A stretch of DNA of 64,000 bases from Paragordius varius. Taxonomy: Eukaryota; Animalia; Nematomorpha. The position numbers and the translations under genes were made by a program. Positions 41,176-55,800 of the stretch are shown here, one piece after another. Where the stretch lies: assembly GCA_964247055.1 (NCBI GenBank), contig OZ176050.1:13144001-13208000 (forward strand), given 5' to 3'. The notes below the pieces were generated by a model. It ran no database searches. It was not told the origin of the DNA and saw only the letters and a program-made list of their open reading frames with translations. Numbering within the stretch: position 1 is the first letter of the stretch; every line of letters begins with the position of its first letter.

Positions 41176-44100
41176 TTAGAGCCATTTATGTTCATAAAAA
41201 CAATAAATAAACCGAGGATTAAGTACACGATCAAACACAAAAAGGATATATTTTAAGGCGTTTAAAACAATTAAACCTGTTTTCAATGTAAAATTGTCAG
41301 TCAATTTAATAATAAAGCTGAATATAACGGGGTATATTATAGGGGTAAACTTATCCAAAAATCATTATAGCGCTATAATTTACTCATGTGCCGTTTACCT
41401 TATTCTTAAAAAATCGCTACCAGAGAATTTTTTTATTAATTAAAAATTTTGTCATTACATTTAAGCCCTATATACAGTAAAAATTGAAATTATACGGACA
41501 AAACGTAAAAATATAAAGACGAAATTTTTTTTTAAAAGACAACCATACTTTTTCAAACCATAATTTATCATAATGGTCGTATTTTTGAAAAAAAATATTT
41601 GTCCTTATATTTTTACCTTTTGTCCGTATAATTTCAATTTTTACTGTAAATTTAAAGTACATGCCTTTCTAAATTTCCCATGAGTCACAATATATATGAA
41701 TGGATTGTATACACTTGAGCATTTGGCAAATAAGGCGGGAAATATTGAGACATTTGGAGTTATCATGCTCTGATAATTAAAAAGTCCTAAGGCAAAAACG
41801 CACGCATACGGTGTCCATGCCAATAAAAAGCTAGATCAGATATAGGAAACTGTATAACACAAGGTAAGCAAATAATGTGAATAAAATATTTTTAGTGGCA
41901 ATTATATAAATGATGTTGATTTTTCTATAGCAACTAATTTTGTCATTAATGTAGTGAGTACACACACAATTATAAATCTGTTACAATTTTCTCAAAGTTT
42001 TTAATTTTAAAGCTTATTATTTTAGATAATTTGCTTGAAGCAAAAAATTTCAAATTCGGCGCATAATGAGAAAAATAAATTTTGATAGAAGCTAAATGTT
42101 TAATTCTAAAAAACTATGTGTACAAATATTTTATACAAAACTAAACAACTTTTATATTTTTGATAATTTTGTCTGGTCAAAAGTTACCCATAAATAAATG
42201 CAAAAAGCCGGGATCAAGCGATAATTTTTTCTGATATATGCTGTATTATTGTATAAAAATTAAATTTTATAATTGGAATTATTTTGATTCAAGAATAATT
42301 GAATTTATTTAAAAAGGAATTTTCGATTAATACTAGTAGTCTTTATAAGTAAAATTGGTGAAGAACATTTATATCGTCTGAGGTATATTACAAGTTTTAT
42401 CATCGAAATATGTAGGAAAAGTTTTTTTACAATATTAAATTTTTTATATTATTTTATCTATGCCTCCGAATACCTTTAATTACGTTTCCGAAAATTTAGC
42501 TAAAATTTGATTTTTTAAAAAAAGTGTGATTTTTGGAAAAAGGATTTTTTAAAAATTTAGCTTATATTAAATAAACCTCACTCCTTTTTTTGCGTTAAAA
42601 CCAGCTAAAGAGTTCATGAATATTCTTATTCAATTGGTAATATATTAAACTTTTATCGTATCCAAAACACCATTTTTATCACGAATGTATGTATTTTATT
42701 TAGATGTTTTTTAACACCAATTTTATGCCCTGCATAATAAATATTATTATTAAAATTTAAAAATTATAATAATAATAGGGAATCGTAAAAATATTTTAAA
42801 ACTATTATAAAAATTACCCAATAGTTAAAAACCAAGCTATTCTAAACACCTTTTTGACCGGATTGATCCGTTCAACAAGATGATTATGCCTTTGATAATC
42901 CATGTTTTGAGGCGTTATAATTTGAACATTAGGGTGTGTAAAAAATATTTGTAAATAAAATCGATAAATTATTTCATAGCATGTCAATTGACGTTCCAAT
43001 GGGTTATTTTGAGCGGGAATATTATTAGCGTTGTCATGGTGATGCTGATTGATATTAGTGAAATTTGTAGATATTATTGGTTCTGAGCTTCCATTTTCAT
43101 TTGTGTGACAACATTTACCTTCATGGTTTATTGTATTGTTGTTCATTGAACTTAATTGATGTTCATTTAATTGATTTTGCTGACGGTGTCTGTATCGTTC
43201 ATCCAATTTCATTAGCAACTTTGTGTAAGATGCAATTATGAATACTAATGGTATGAGGAAACATCCAATGAATAATCCAATATTGTACCATTTGTCTAGA
43301 TTTTTCTATAAACGAAACATACAGTAAACAGGAAAATTATAAAAGAGAATATATTGTTTAAAGGTAAATTAATTATAAAGAAAAATGTATTCATCAAATA
43401 ATTATGTTGACAATTAAAATATTGTATTACGACGATATATGGCTAACATAATATAAAAAACTAGTTTTCGGAATAAAATTTAAAGCCCTTTCTCCGGCTT
43501 TTGACAAAAACACAGAAATGGGTCGAACACCCATATAAAAAGGCGTTTTAAAAAATTTATTATGACGATGTGGTGGTCAGCACCTAATTTTTTTTATAAA
43601 CAACTTCCCATCATTTGAATTTTGCATTTTCAATATGCTCTTTTTATAAAATATTAACTTGCGAAAATACAATTTTGTGCAATATAATTGAATGTGATCT
43701 TTAGAAAACAGTTGTCTCATAAAATAATTTTTTTATATTAAGGATGGTTACAAATAATTTGATGATACTTATGGTCAAATATCACTACATTTTTTCGGAA
43801 ATTTACCCATTTTTTTGAGTTGCGAAAATGTTTAAATTTAATTTATAACTTACTTACCATAGAAATATAATTGATTGTACAGGCTGTCCCAAAACCTTCC
43901 AAAACAAAAGAACTTATCCCAAAGAATGGCAAAAGGCTCCAAGCTAAACAATACATCCACACAAAATATATCCTTGTAACAGCTTGTTTGTTTGACATGA
44001 TTGCCTATGTGAATAGAAAAATTATTGGTTAAAATGGTATTTAAATTTGTGAATAGCGAAGAAAATTTGATTTTTTTTTCTAGCAAATTAAATTCTTACA

Positions 44101-47100
44101 TTCTAACACATATAAATCTGTTCTTCAATTACAGTAAGAATTGAAATTATACGGACCAAACCTAAAAATATAAAAACAAATGTTTTTTTCTAAAAAACAA
44201 CCATACTTTTTTAACATCCTTTTTAAAAACATAATTCATTGGCAAAGTATAATGAAATATTGGTTACACAATCGATTTTATACTTTATTGTAATTATATA
44301 ATTTATATGAGAAAAAAGGTTTATAAAAGTTAGGTTGGCTTAAAAAATATGCAATGTATACTTTTTCAAATCAAAATTAATACTTGAACTAGTTTTAATC
44401 AATAAAATATTTTTGCATTTGTTTGATTTTTTCTTATAAATTCCTTATTTGTCAAAAAAGATAAAGCGCACAAAGAGTATTGCACCACAGATGCTTGAAT
44501 TCCATTTAAATTATAATTGGAACTATAATAAAAAACGCATCTAATTTTGTTTATCAACCAAAAATGTAGTTGGATTGATGAGGATATCACCTTAATTTAG
44601 GAAACAAAATTAATTATTTAATTGAAAATTTTTAAATAAATAGATAGTTACATTATTTTATAACACATTAATATAATTTATCGCTGTTTTTTTACTTCTT
44701 TTGGGATAAGTATAGCACAATTTAATCTGTCCCAAGCTATTAGTGCTATCGTGTTCAAGGAAACCAAACCAAAAAGGCATCCGGAAAAGGCATATAATTG
44801 ACATCCTAGTGAAAAAAAACAATAATAATACAGTAAAGAAAATTATTATTAGCCATTTCGGTTTTTTATTTGGCTAAAATGGGATGTTTTTATTCAAATG
44901 TGTGTTGCTATAATGAGATTTTTCGCTTTTATTAAACTTGAATTTTTAAAATGTTGGAGGAAAAATTACAGTGTTCGATAAAATAGCGACAAATAAAATG
45001 AAAAATCGCATGACAAACTTATTTTCACCAATTATAACCAAAATAGCCAATAATAGCTCTTGTTACTGTATAATGGGTTGTTGGCCTTCATAAAATGTTT
45101 TCCAAACAAAGTGTTTGTTTATCAAAAGATTACACTAGACAACAAATTTTTCTGCCTCTCGAGTTTCTTGCATTTTCTGATATTTATCCTTTTAACAGTA
45201 AACTGAAATAAAAATTATATTGATTTCTTAACAAAATTTTACTAAAAAATGTTTTTCATCGAAATACATAAGCCCATTTGTAATATATTATTCGAAAGAG
45301 TAATGAAAACTCTATTGGATGCATACTAGTATGCTTTACAATAGTTATCATATTGGACATAGGAAGCGACGAACCCTCGAAGCGAGAGCGTTTTTCGTAA
45401 TTATTGTATTTTTAAAAAAGGATGAAAATAGCTTAAACTTTGCCTAGATGGCACTGAATGTCAAAATAGATAACACAAGGTTTTTTTGATTAAAAAACTT
45501 TTTATTTTTTATGTCATTCATAAAAGCTATTTTTAAGTTTGTTTTTTAACAATTACCATCTCATTAATATTAATTTATTTTCTTTAAATAACTATAATTT
45601 CAAAGGCTAAAAACAAAGATTAAGGTATTTTTGATCTTTTGTAACCATTATGTAATAATATATAATTTAAACTATGCATTTAAGTATCCACGAGGTAAAA
45701 TAATTTTGATAATAATAATTATTATAAAAAAAGCAAACCAAAAGCTTTTTCAAAGATTTTTTCATTCTAATGTAACCCTAATAATTATATTACAATTTAT
45801 ATTATTTTTAAATTAGTTTGTCTGTGAAAATTTTTGACTTATTTACGGGTTGAAATTTTCGACCATATAAACCTAAATAACTTTTACGTCCAATTGATTT
45901 AAATGACCAACTACCACTCGAAAGATTTCGCCTCTTTCAAATAATATAAAATACGTGGCTCTATATCTAAAACTTTTAATTTTGAATTTCGAGTTTAATA
46001 TTAAATCGGAGCCAAAAATTATCGATAAACCCTAATGGAATAAAATTCTTAGCTGTTAGACCAATTTTCTTTCCAGATATACTATTTATGTACTTATGAA
46101 ATAAAATTTAAGTTTACAAAAATGGCAGTTAAAAAAAGTCGAAATTGGTTGTCTAGTGTAATCAAGATCACTCAATAATCCGAAACATTGACTTTTAATG
46201 TCAAATCATTAATTAATCATAAAGATTTCGGGATAATACCCAATAAGGTCCAAACTATTTTGCGATTATTAAAAAGTAGCTTCATTTATCACATATCACA
46301 AATTTCCATTTACCTTATAGCTTATCTTTAATTTTTTTGATAATTTGATATTTGTTTTCATGCCATAGCGCATTTGGTTATTTATTTATAGTTTAAAAAA
46401 TATATTACTAATCGGAAAAATTTGCGTTTTTTTAGTCGAAAAAATTTTAAAATTACATCTAGTAAAAAATATTAAATAATATGGATATTAATATCCTCAT
46501 TATTATTATAAACTTTGAATTAGCTAATCCGCTTGGCTCTGCACTTTATATGCATCTGCAAAACTTCGTTTTAATATCGATTTTAAATATAAAGACTGAA
46601 AACATAAAATCTCCATATTTTAGGTTAAAAGGATTTTGTTTAGACACAAATAATAAGACCCGGCATTTGCTATTTAAAATTTAAACCAATGCTAAATTTT
46701 ATTAAAATTAAAAGATTTATGTCCGAATTTAACCCAATGTCACATAATAAACTTAAACTGAAACTAAAAATAATTTTTTGAAAACAGCGGCATTTCAAAA
46801 AAAACTTTTGTGTTTAGTTGGTATTATTGATATTTATATAAATTAAGTATTATAGTTTATATACCAAGTTTTCCAAAAACCCATCTTTGATACAGACTTG
46901 AAATGAAGTATTGCGGACAATTGCTTACCAATATGCACAAATCAGAGATTGCCAAATTCATCAAGTATATGTTTGATGAAGTAACCAAACTTTTTTCCCT
47001 GTACAAACAAATGATAAATAAATTTAAAACAAACTAAATTAAATTTTATATAAAAAATATAACAAAAAAATTTACGTGCAAAACAGATAAATGGTGAGAC

Positions 47101-47317
47101 TATTGATGGGGATCCCTATTATACCCAACAAAAATGTTAAAATTGCCATAAGCTGGTGTTTATAAATCCAGTTTAAGGACTGAATTTCAAAATCGTTTTG
47201 CACAGCCATCTTGAAATCGGGAATCATGAAAGGTACATCGAATTTTAAAGCTTCAGTATTTGCTATAATATCATCATCCATGACGGAGGAGGAATTGGTA
47301 TAATTGTTAATATTCAT
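41176..47317 (-). CDS. Opsin (class A GPCR, r-opsin-like, divergent; 463 aa), 7 exons: 47317-47076, 46998-46865, 44805-44696, 44004-43858, 43305-42818, 41830-41661, 41276-41176
   Basis: TM1 GIPINSL, TM2 NLAISD, TM3 GCQLYA..AWDRL, ECL2 LEGFGTACT (Glu181 equivalent), TM6 AWTPY, TM7 FAKCSSVYNPFIY (Lys296 equivalent), then HGKFRKA. Junctions are frame consistent (1392 nt). The last exon is the least certain. Confidence 0.9.
41475..41646. mobile_element. CAGTAAAAATTGAAATTATACGGAC-type MITE (Tc1/mariner-like, ~75-bp TIRs, TA TSD), opsin intron 6
   Basis: TA|CAGT..ACTG|TA with long inverted arms. Related copies at ~1016-1162, 44132-44390, 49207-49498, 50144-50424, 50853-51105, 51364-51625, 53010-53308, 55618-55871. 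Confidence 0.85.
45133..46158. mobile_element. ~1-kb Tc1/mariner-like MITE, copy 2 (opsin intron 2)
   Basis: TA|CACTAGACAAC..GTTGTCTAGTG|TA: perfect TIR with TA duplication. Confidence 0.82.
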
Positions 47318-48324
47318 AATAATTTAAAAAATGTTTAGCTAAGACGAAAAATTAAGGAATGGAAAAAAACCCGGTAAAATTTCAGAAGCATAATACAGGT
47401 TAGTTTAAGTGATTATCATATATTCCGTCTTTATGGTGTACAAAAAATGTGTTGTAGGCAGCAATTTATGCCATACATACCTTTTTCCCGTATAAACAAT
47501 TAATTTTTGTGCAAAAAATTAATCTCTATTTTTGACTAAAAGGTTTTTTTTGGCTATAATAATGTATAATAATGGCCAAAAGGAAAGGGGAAAACATTAA
47601 TTTTTGGATGTTATTAACATTATTTACAAAATGATGGTGCCTGAACAGAAAACATAAAAAATTTAAGTAAGATCTTACAGGATTTCCACCTAAAGAGATA
47701 ATGGTTTAAGGTTTTTTCTTAGTAAATATATAACGCTTTAATAGACAAAAAATATATACTTAATTATGATAATTGACCCTCTAATCGTATAATGTATATA
47801 TATATATATATATATATAGATTTAGATTTAGAGGTCTAGACTATACCCTTTTATAGAAATTAGAAAAAGCAAAATAAAAAAATACGGTCCAACATTATTA
47901 GTATGTATTCTTTATAATGAATGAAAAAGCTAAAGGTTAATTAATCACTTGAGAGATATAAAGATATGGATATCCATTTTTTAAATGATGATTTGAAATG
48001 TCAAAAACATGCCAATAGAATAGTTGAAACTCCCTAAATATAAATCTAGAAAACAATGAAAATATTGGTTGAGGCATAACTCTACAAAATTTGAGTAGCT
48101 ATTTGGAAACAAAAATGGAATATTTTTTATTTTATTTATAAATGATCAAAGAATATTAAACATATAATCTCAAGTTTTAACCTATTCATGTGAAAAAGAT
48201 TTTGTAGAATTAATTTTTCCAATATGTTTTCCTAAAATTTTAGGAAAACATATTAGAACACACGAACTTAATAAAAATACTCATTGGCTCCTTATAAAGA
48301 TAGGTAAGGGTATATTAAAAAAAG

Positions 48325-48578
48325 CAGTAGCTAGGGGGGGGGGGAAGGAAATGTTGATGCACATGGCGTCATTGTTGAAAGGACGCCGAATTTTTTTAAA
48401 AAAATTAATTTTATTTCAAAAAAGTACTAATTTAAAAGTTTATACTTTAAAAATACCTTAAAAATCACCCATTTATGAGTGGTCATGACTACGGTTTAAA
48501 TTTGATTCTCTTTTTTAAATACAAGGGGTCGCCCTCACGGATTCTTGCTCCGGGCGCCAGAAATGCAAGCTACGCCTC
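48325..48578. mobile_element. Degenerate CAG-GGCGTAGC-type MITE
   Basis: GC-rich right end GCAAGCTACGCCTCTG and decayed left end CAGTAGCTAGGGG. Confidence 0.4.
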
Positions 48579-49206
48579 TGTATTACAATGCTTTTTTGGG
48601 ATTCCATATAGACGCGACCCTATATAAAATACCCCGCCAGAAAACGTAATTATCGATTCCATATAAAATTACTGTTCATAGTAAGAATACGCCATCGTAT
48701 TAAGATGCATGCGTAGTTTAGCTTACCAATTTCAGATTAAATGTTATACTATATCTTTCAACATTTAAGGTCTTGAAATCGAAACACTAAATATGGATAT
48801 CTGTGTGTTATGAGTCTAGGAGAACAAGAACGATTTTAAAATTGAAATCTTGGGAAGAGTTATTTCCTTAGATGATAAAATTTCAGCAAGTGTAAGTTGT
48901 AAAATGAAAAGTAACATTTTGCAATTTGGGTAAAAGTTTAATTCGTGGATTTTATTTAAGAACTAACTATACATTTACAATATGAATACCAGTTGAACGT
49001 TAAAACTTTTACGAATTTATATCTCCATCTTTAACATAGAGTAAATTTGAAGAGTAAATAGTACATAATTATTGTGTTACAGGTTAAATCCCATTATTTA
49101 CTAAAACTATGCAATCAAATTTCAAACTGGGTTTGGAAACATGGGAACCGACCACATTCTGGACTTGTTACAATCTGTGAACTTAGAATGAAAATTTACC
49201 TATATC

Positions 49207-49498
49207 CAGTAAAAACTGAAATTATACGGATAAGGCGTAAAAAATATAAAGACAAATATTCTTTTCTAAAAGACAACTATAACTTTTGAAATCTAGATTT
49301 TTATTTATATAACTCATTGTTTAAATGCCAAAGTGTGAAATAGAGTTATAATACCAACACAATCAATTCCATATTTTACAATAGTAACTAAGTAACTAAG
49401 ATGGGAAACAGTAAGGTTTTAAAAAGTTTGGTTGTTTCTTAAAAAAATATTTGTCTTTATATTTTTACGTTTTTTCCGTATAATTTCAATTTTTACTG
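49207..49498. mobile_element. CAGTAAAAA-type MITE between peroxidase and opsin genes
   Basis: CAGTAAAAACTGAAATTATACGGA..TCCGTATAATTTCAATTTTTACTG|TA. Confidence 0.82.
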
Positions 49499-49859
49499 TA
49501 ATTACAATAGGTTTTATTGCGAAAGGGAATTTTATTCATACAAGATTTTACAGTTAAGATTATCCTTTAATATAATTTAAATGGTATGGTAAGATAAAAA
49601 AACAAATGTAAATAGCAGAAAAACCTTTAAACATTTTTAAAATAATGATACATCTCTGAAAAGTTGGATTGCCTCATAAGACATATTAATAAACTCTAAC
49701 TAACACAATACATATAATGGAAAAAACAATTTTTGATTAAATGTTGGGTGTATATTTTTAATATGTGATCGATATATATTTATGGTAAAATAAAATTTAT
49801 TTTTATCGCATAAATGTATCACAATAAAATGGTGATGATTATAGGTATAAAGAGCGAAG

Positions 49860-52800
49860 CTATGACCACAAAGTAATATTGATATCTGGTAAATCATTGC
49901 ATCTCACCATTTGATTCCTAAGTATACCAGATAAAATAAATATAAATGAAAGTTTTGGATAAATTTAAACTATGGTCCTTTTAGTTTTTATTTAAAATAT
50001 CAAACAGATAATATCTTAAAAAGAATACTTTAGGCTAGGTTTACGGAAAACATCCCTCTGTAAAAATTTCAAATTGTCCGTATTTTCACACAGAACTTTG
50101 GCTAAAGTCATTTTTCTGATTTCTCCCAATTGCTCTATATATACAGTAAAAATTTGAAATTATACGGACAAATTATAAATATATAAAGACAAAATTTTTT
50201 TCAAAAGACAACATACTATTTTAATTTTAAATACAACTCATTGTTTTAAACTGCAGAGTAAAAAATAGAGATGTACATTGGTAACACAATCAATGACACT
50301 TTTTACGATTGTTATTAAATGCTTTTAATAGGATAAATTAAGCTTTGCAAAAGTATGGTTGTCTTTTGAAAAAAAATTATCCTTATATTTTTACGTTTTG
50401 TCCGTATACTTCCAATTTTTACTATATATAAATAAATTTATTATAGAAGTAACCAAGTTGAGTCCTTTCAAAAATCCAATTTTGCCCAAATATCTTAAAT
50501 TCGCATATTTGCTCAGGGCGAAAAAACTGTTGAAATCGCAAAAATCAATCATTTTATTATTAAATTTCACATCTTACAATATATGTAAGTTTTAAACATA
50601 CCAAGGGTGAATGGATTAGGTTGACAACACCCAGGGTTCTCATACCAATATCGATCGCCTTTGCGAAATTTATTGAATTGTCTTGCCAGGATACAAGTGA
50701 ATACTGGTCCTAATAAGCTTCCGTTCTTAGCTTTTTCCGATACTCCAGCGGGGAAAATATCCATATCATCTGGATGTCTAAATTAATAATTTTAATATAT
50801 AAGCCCCCCTTAAATTATAGTAGATACAAGCATCAAAATCATAAAAAATTTACAGTAACAGATGTAATTATACAAGCAAAACGCTAAAACTAAAATGCAA
50901 TTTTTTTTCAAAAGACAACTACTTTTATAAAACTTTATTTTTAGCATATAAACTATATACTAATTTTAAATATAGGTGAATGAGTGAATAACAATTTACA
51001 TGAATAATGTGTTTCATTAAAAATCAAAATTTTAAAAATATAGTGACATCTTTAAAAAATATTCTTTAGTTTTTATAAGTTTTATCTGTAATTTCAATTT
51101 TATTGTATTAATTTTTGAATATAATCCAATAGTTGAATATTAAATGCATGAAAATCAAAGAAAATTTGGAAATCTTATAAAATTACTTACTCATAAACGC
51201 TTTTCATGGCCTCTATGACCGTGGGTGGAAAATCTTCGGTTGTTACATCTTTCCAACTTTTGTAGACTTTAAGGCCACACCATTTTCTCCATGCATTGAA
51301 ACCGGGTACTCCGTGTTCCCGAGCCCGCATAATGTTTAAAACCATAAGATCCATACCTATTTTTACAATTTAAAATTTAACAATAAAAAAACTAAAAAAC
51401 TAATATTTTGTTTTTAGACAATTATATTTTTTAACTTTTGTTTTTTTATGTTTTGGGTTCGCAAAATAAGATATGTAAATTAGTAACATAATCTATCCTA
51501 TATTTCAAAACTGTAATCATTTAGGTTATTTAAATTCAAGGATTAAAAATATTGTTTGTTAGTTACCTTTAAAATATTGGTCTTATAGTTTTTACCTTTC
51601 TTTGCTTAAATTTAATTTTTTACTGTAAAACCAAATTACCAAGTATATATCAAAATTATAAACAATGATTTTTGATACACAATATACGAATAATATAAAA
51701 TTTTTGTAAAATTAAAATCTAACCGTTATAAAATGCGAATATTCCGAATATATTTTCGATATACAGATTATATCATCTTCTGGGGAAAAAAACATAAAAT
51801 TATAAAATATCACTTAATTGATCATATTAAAACCATCACAATTTAATAAAATAAATTTTATATTGCATATACCGAATTTCTCATGATCTAAACGAAACAA
51901 ATGATTTTTGACATCGTCTGCTATGTTGCTATCCATTTTCTGCGCCGGTTGATTTATAACACCAATAATTAATTCATCTATTCCTCCGTCTGGCATGACT
52001 TTTGGTCGCAAAATTATTTTGGGTTCTTTAACATTACTCCCATTGATGGCCTCATAATTGAGGATTTGTTCTTCTGCCATACGATATACGTGTTGAGGAT
52101 GGAAAAAATCTTTTTTCAGTTGCAGAATTGTGTGGGGTGATCTCATGTTTTTCATCTTAAACATATCTTTGCTAAATGGAATCGTATTTTTATAAAACTT
52201 ATTATCATATTTTCATTTTAAATTACCATTTCAATATTTAGCTTTATAAGGAGAAGAAAAATTTAAAAAAAATAAATTACTTTATCAAACTATGTCCAAA
52301 ACGGAATGCAGCCGTTATGAAACCCTGGTCTACGGCCGCATTGACGTTTGAATCATAGCCATTGTAATAGCCTTGTTTGTTGAGTAAAAGCTTATTTTCT
52401 GCCATAACTTGTGGCCCCAAAACTATGGGGAGAAATTCGTTATACGTTATGTGTTGTATCATAGCAATGATTATTCTTCTTGCCTCTTGATACCTAAAAA
52501 TATGAGATTTATTAATTTTTCCAATTTTTTACATTTAAACGGATTTAAGTGAATAGGCGTTTTTAACCAGTCATACAACAAGTCTGGCTGATATTATACG
52601 CAGTTATTGAAGTCATAACCAGTCAATAATTTATCACAATAATATCATTTACTATGAGTTATAATGTCCAAAAATTAGACACATATTTAAAAATATTATC
52701 ATTTTTTGTGACATAGAATCAGTCTTTTATTAAATTTAAGTTTTAAACATATGTTCAATAATTTGTGACTAGTTAATTTTTATAAAGTAGTAACAGTCAC

Positions 52801-55800
52801 GGTCATAATTGCATTCCTAACCGGTTTAATCAACCTTATAATTATAAATTATTAATACTATACAATGTTTCATCGTTCCAATCTAAATGAATGCCGGCTA
52901 ATTTTTCCGCTATGCGATTATGTTCTCGGACCCAGATAGTATGCATGCTTGATAACAGGGAGTTTTCATTGGCTCGTTTATCACCTACAGCAAAAACAAA
53001 ATGTGACATAAATGTACGTTATTAAATTCAATTTTAAAACCCTAGCGTAAAAAATTCAAACATAAATTAAAAAAAGACAAATATTCTCAAAAAAGTCAAC
53101 CATATATTTTTTAATAGTTTTATTTAATAATAACTTATTGTATGAGTTGTAAAATAAGCAAAAGAAAGTAATTGGTTCCACACCAATTATATATTTTATT
53201 TTAAGATCACAAAGGTTTTTTAAATACCAATTAAAAAGTATGGCTGTCTATACATTTTAAATTGTCATTGTTTACGTTTTTAGTCAGTATAATTTAAATT
53301 TTTACTTTATATATAGGTAGAAAAGAAATTACCCGCTCCAAAGCATCTAAATTTTCCCACAATGTTAGCGCAGGCTTCAGAAGTTGGTTTAGGACTTAGG
53401 GGCATTAATCTTTGCATCCTTCTGTTTAGAGGGTTAACTTGCGTTTTCAATAAACCTACAAACAATGTTTTAATAAGTGAAAGTATATGGCAAATATAAC
53501 TAATAAATTCAGTACCTCCGACATGATCTCGCAACCTATTGGCAACTTCTACTGTGGATCCATATAAAAAGGAACCGTCAATAAAGGATGTAATTTCATT
53601 TACTGTTTCTTTTTGTCCTACAAAATATATATGATAATACAAGGTAAATTATCAATTTAAAAATCTTTTTTAAACTGTAAAATGTTTGATTAAAATCAAT
53701 ATTGGATTTCTTAGGAATTATACCAATTTTGCAGTCCAAGTCAACGGCAGGAATAGATCTTACAAATTCCATACACGTGCTATTGAATTTACTGTAAAAT
53801 TTATCGGTTTTTGGGATATCGATAGCTAAACATTGATAGTGTTGTACGGGCTTCTTGGCGATGCGCTCGAGATCGCAACATTTAACGTCACCCATTTCAA
53901 ATCCTAAAATGATGATTATTATATTAATTTTGTTAGTTTGTTTCAAAAAATTATCATTGTAAAAACATTGTATGAATAAACGGAAAAAATAGGGTTGGTT
54001 GTGGGAAAGGTCTATTAGAAGGTTTAGAAAATTGTTTTCTTTTGTACATTTTGCCAAATATGTAAATAAAGTTCAGGCATGGATCAACACATTAATTTTT
54101 AAACGTTTTAACAGATTTATGTATCGATTTGGGTTGTTCTCTGGATTAATAGTAAGAAAATTCGGAAAGTATAATAAATATTTAATTGCGATCCCGGTCA
54201 TCCATATACCCCTTATATTATCACTACAAGTCAACGTTAACAAATACTTATTATCAATTTTTAGTATAATAGTGAAGCACATTAATTATATTTTAGCTAT
54301 AAAATTTAACACAAATATTTATGTCCGAATAATAAATGGAATAAAAAGTTACCCGTTGGACTAGATCCCAAAGCGAATTCATGGTCCATGATTTGCCCAA
54401 AGGTCATTAATACGTGCGTTAATTCGGGGTGATCATCAACTTTAGTTTCGAGAATCGAAGTGCTCACCACACGTGGGTTCGGAAGAGTTTGTCCAGATTT
54501 CGATTTTCGTAAATCACTAACACCTGAAAAGAGCAAAAATTGGTGAAACATTTTTTTAGGTTACACTTTACATTAGGGATGTCCAACATGCCATCCGCAA
54601 AAATTTTGGAAAATTATACCAAATTAATACGAAATCCACAATTTTCAATAATATACTCATAAAATATTAGAAAAATTGATATTATTTAAACAGATTTTTG
54701 AGAATAAGTGTTTCAGATTGGCATTAACCAACAGAAATCGGTAAAATAAGTGCAACATATTTTCTACGTTTTATTTGTGAATCTAATAAAATATTTATTA
54801 ATCCCCATATATTTTTCTCAATGCCGCTCATCGATTTTTTTAAATCCAAAAAGCGACTCGCGAAGCCATTTGTGTAAAACACCCCTGTTTGACATTTTTT
54901 TACATAAAAGTTATTTAGGTGAATAAAATATATTGATATTTACCATCGCCATAATCCGAAGGTATAAATCGTTGAACAGGTGTGCCGGTAGCGCCATAAA
55001 GCGGATTTTTGACATTATTACAATATCCATCGATTTCTCGGTATTTTGCTTTTGTGTCACATTGTCGATACTTTTTAATATAGTGATAGGGACAAATTTG
55101 TTGTAAAGATGTCCCGTCCCATGTTAAATTGCTTAAAACATTCTTCAAAGCTTTGCGATTACCATCCAATCTAACGAAATAAAAAACAGCGCATGTTATT
55201 GCTATAGATATTGAGTTCCTAAATTCACACAAGATGTAGAGAATGACATGGAAAATTTCGGAAAGAAAAAATTATTTTATATAATTAAATTACAATTTTG
55301 TCTAAAATTAATTTACTGGTAGAGAGGTGGTGTAGTTGGTTAAATCACGTTTTAAACTAAAAAATGTTTATTCAAAGGAATCGCTTTAAAAAATTAACTG
55401 TATCATGTCGAAAGGGGCTAATATAAATAAAAATCCGTTAATTTTGTTAAAAAAAATTTCTATTATAATTGCAATACCTCAATTGGTTTTTAACTTTTTG
55501 GGTAACTAGGGCATTGACATAGCCAAATTTGGTAAGTAGCGAACTTATAAGGGTTTGATTCAATAAGCCTTGATCCTTTTTTATAATAGCATCCGAATCT
55601 GTGTGTAAGGATGTATACAGTAAAAATTGAAATTATACGGACAAAACGTAAAAATATAAAGACAAATTTATTTTTTCAAGGACCGCTTTTAATACTTTTT
55701 GATTTTTTTTAACATACCTATCTCATTGTTTTGAGATCTATTATACTATTTACAATGGTAATTACATATTTTAATTTGTCAAAATTAAAGTTGAAAAAAT

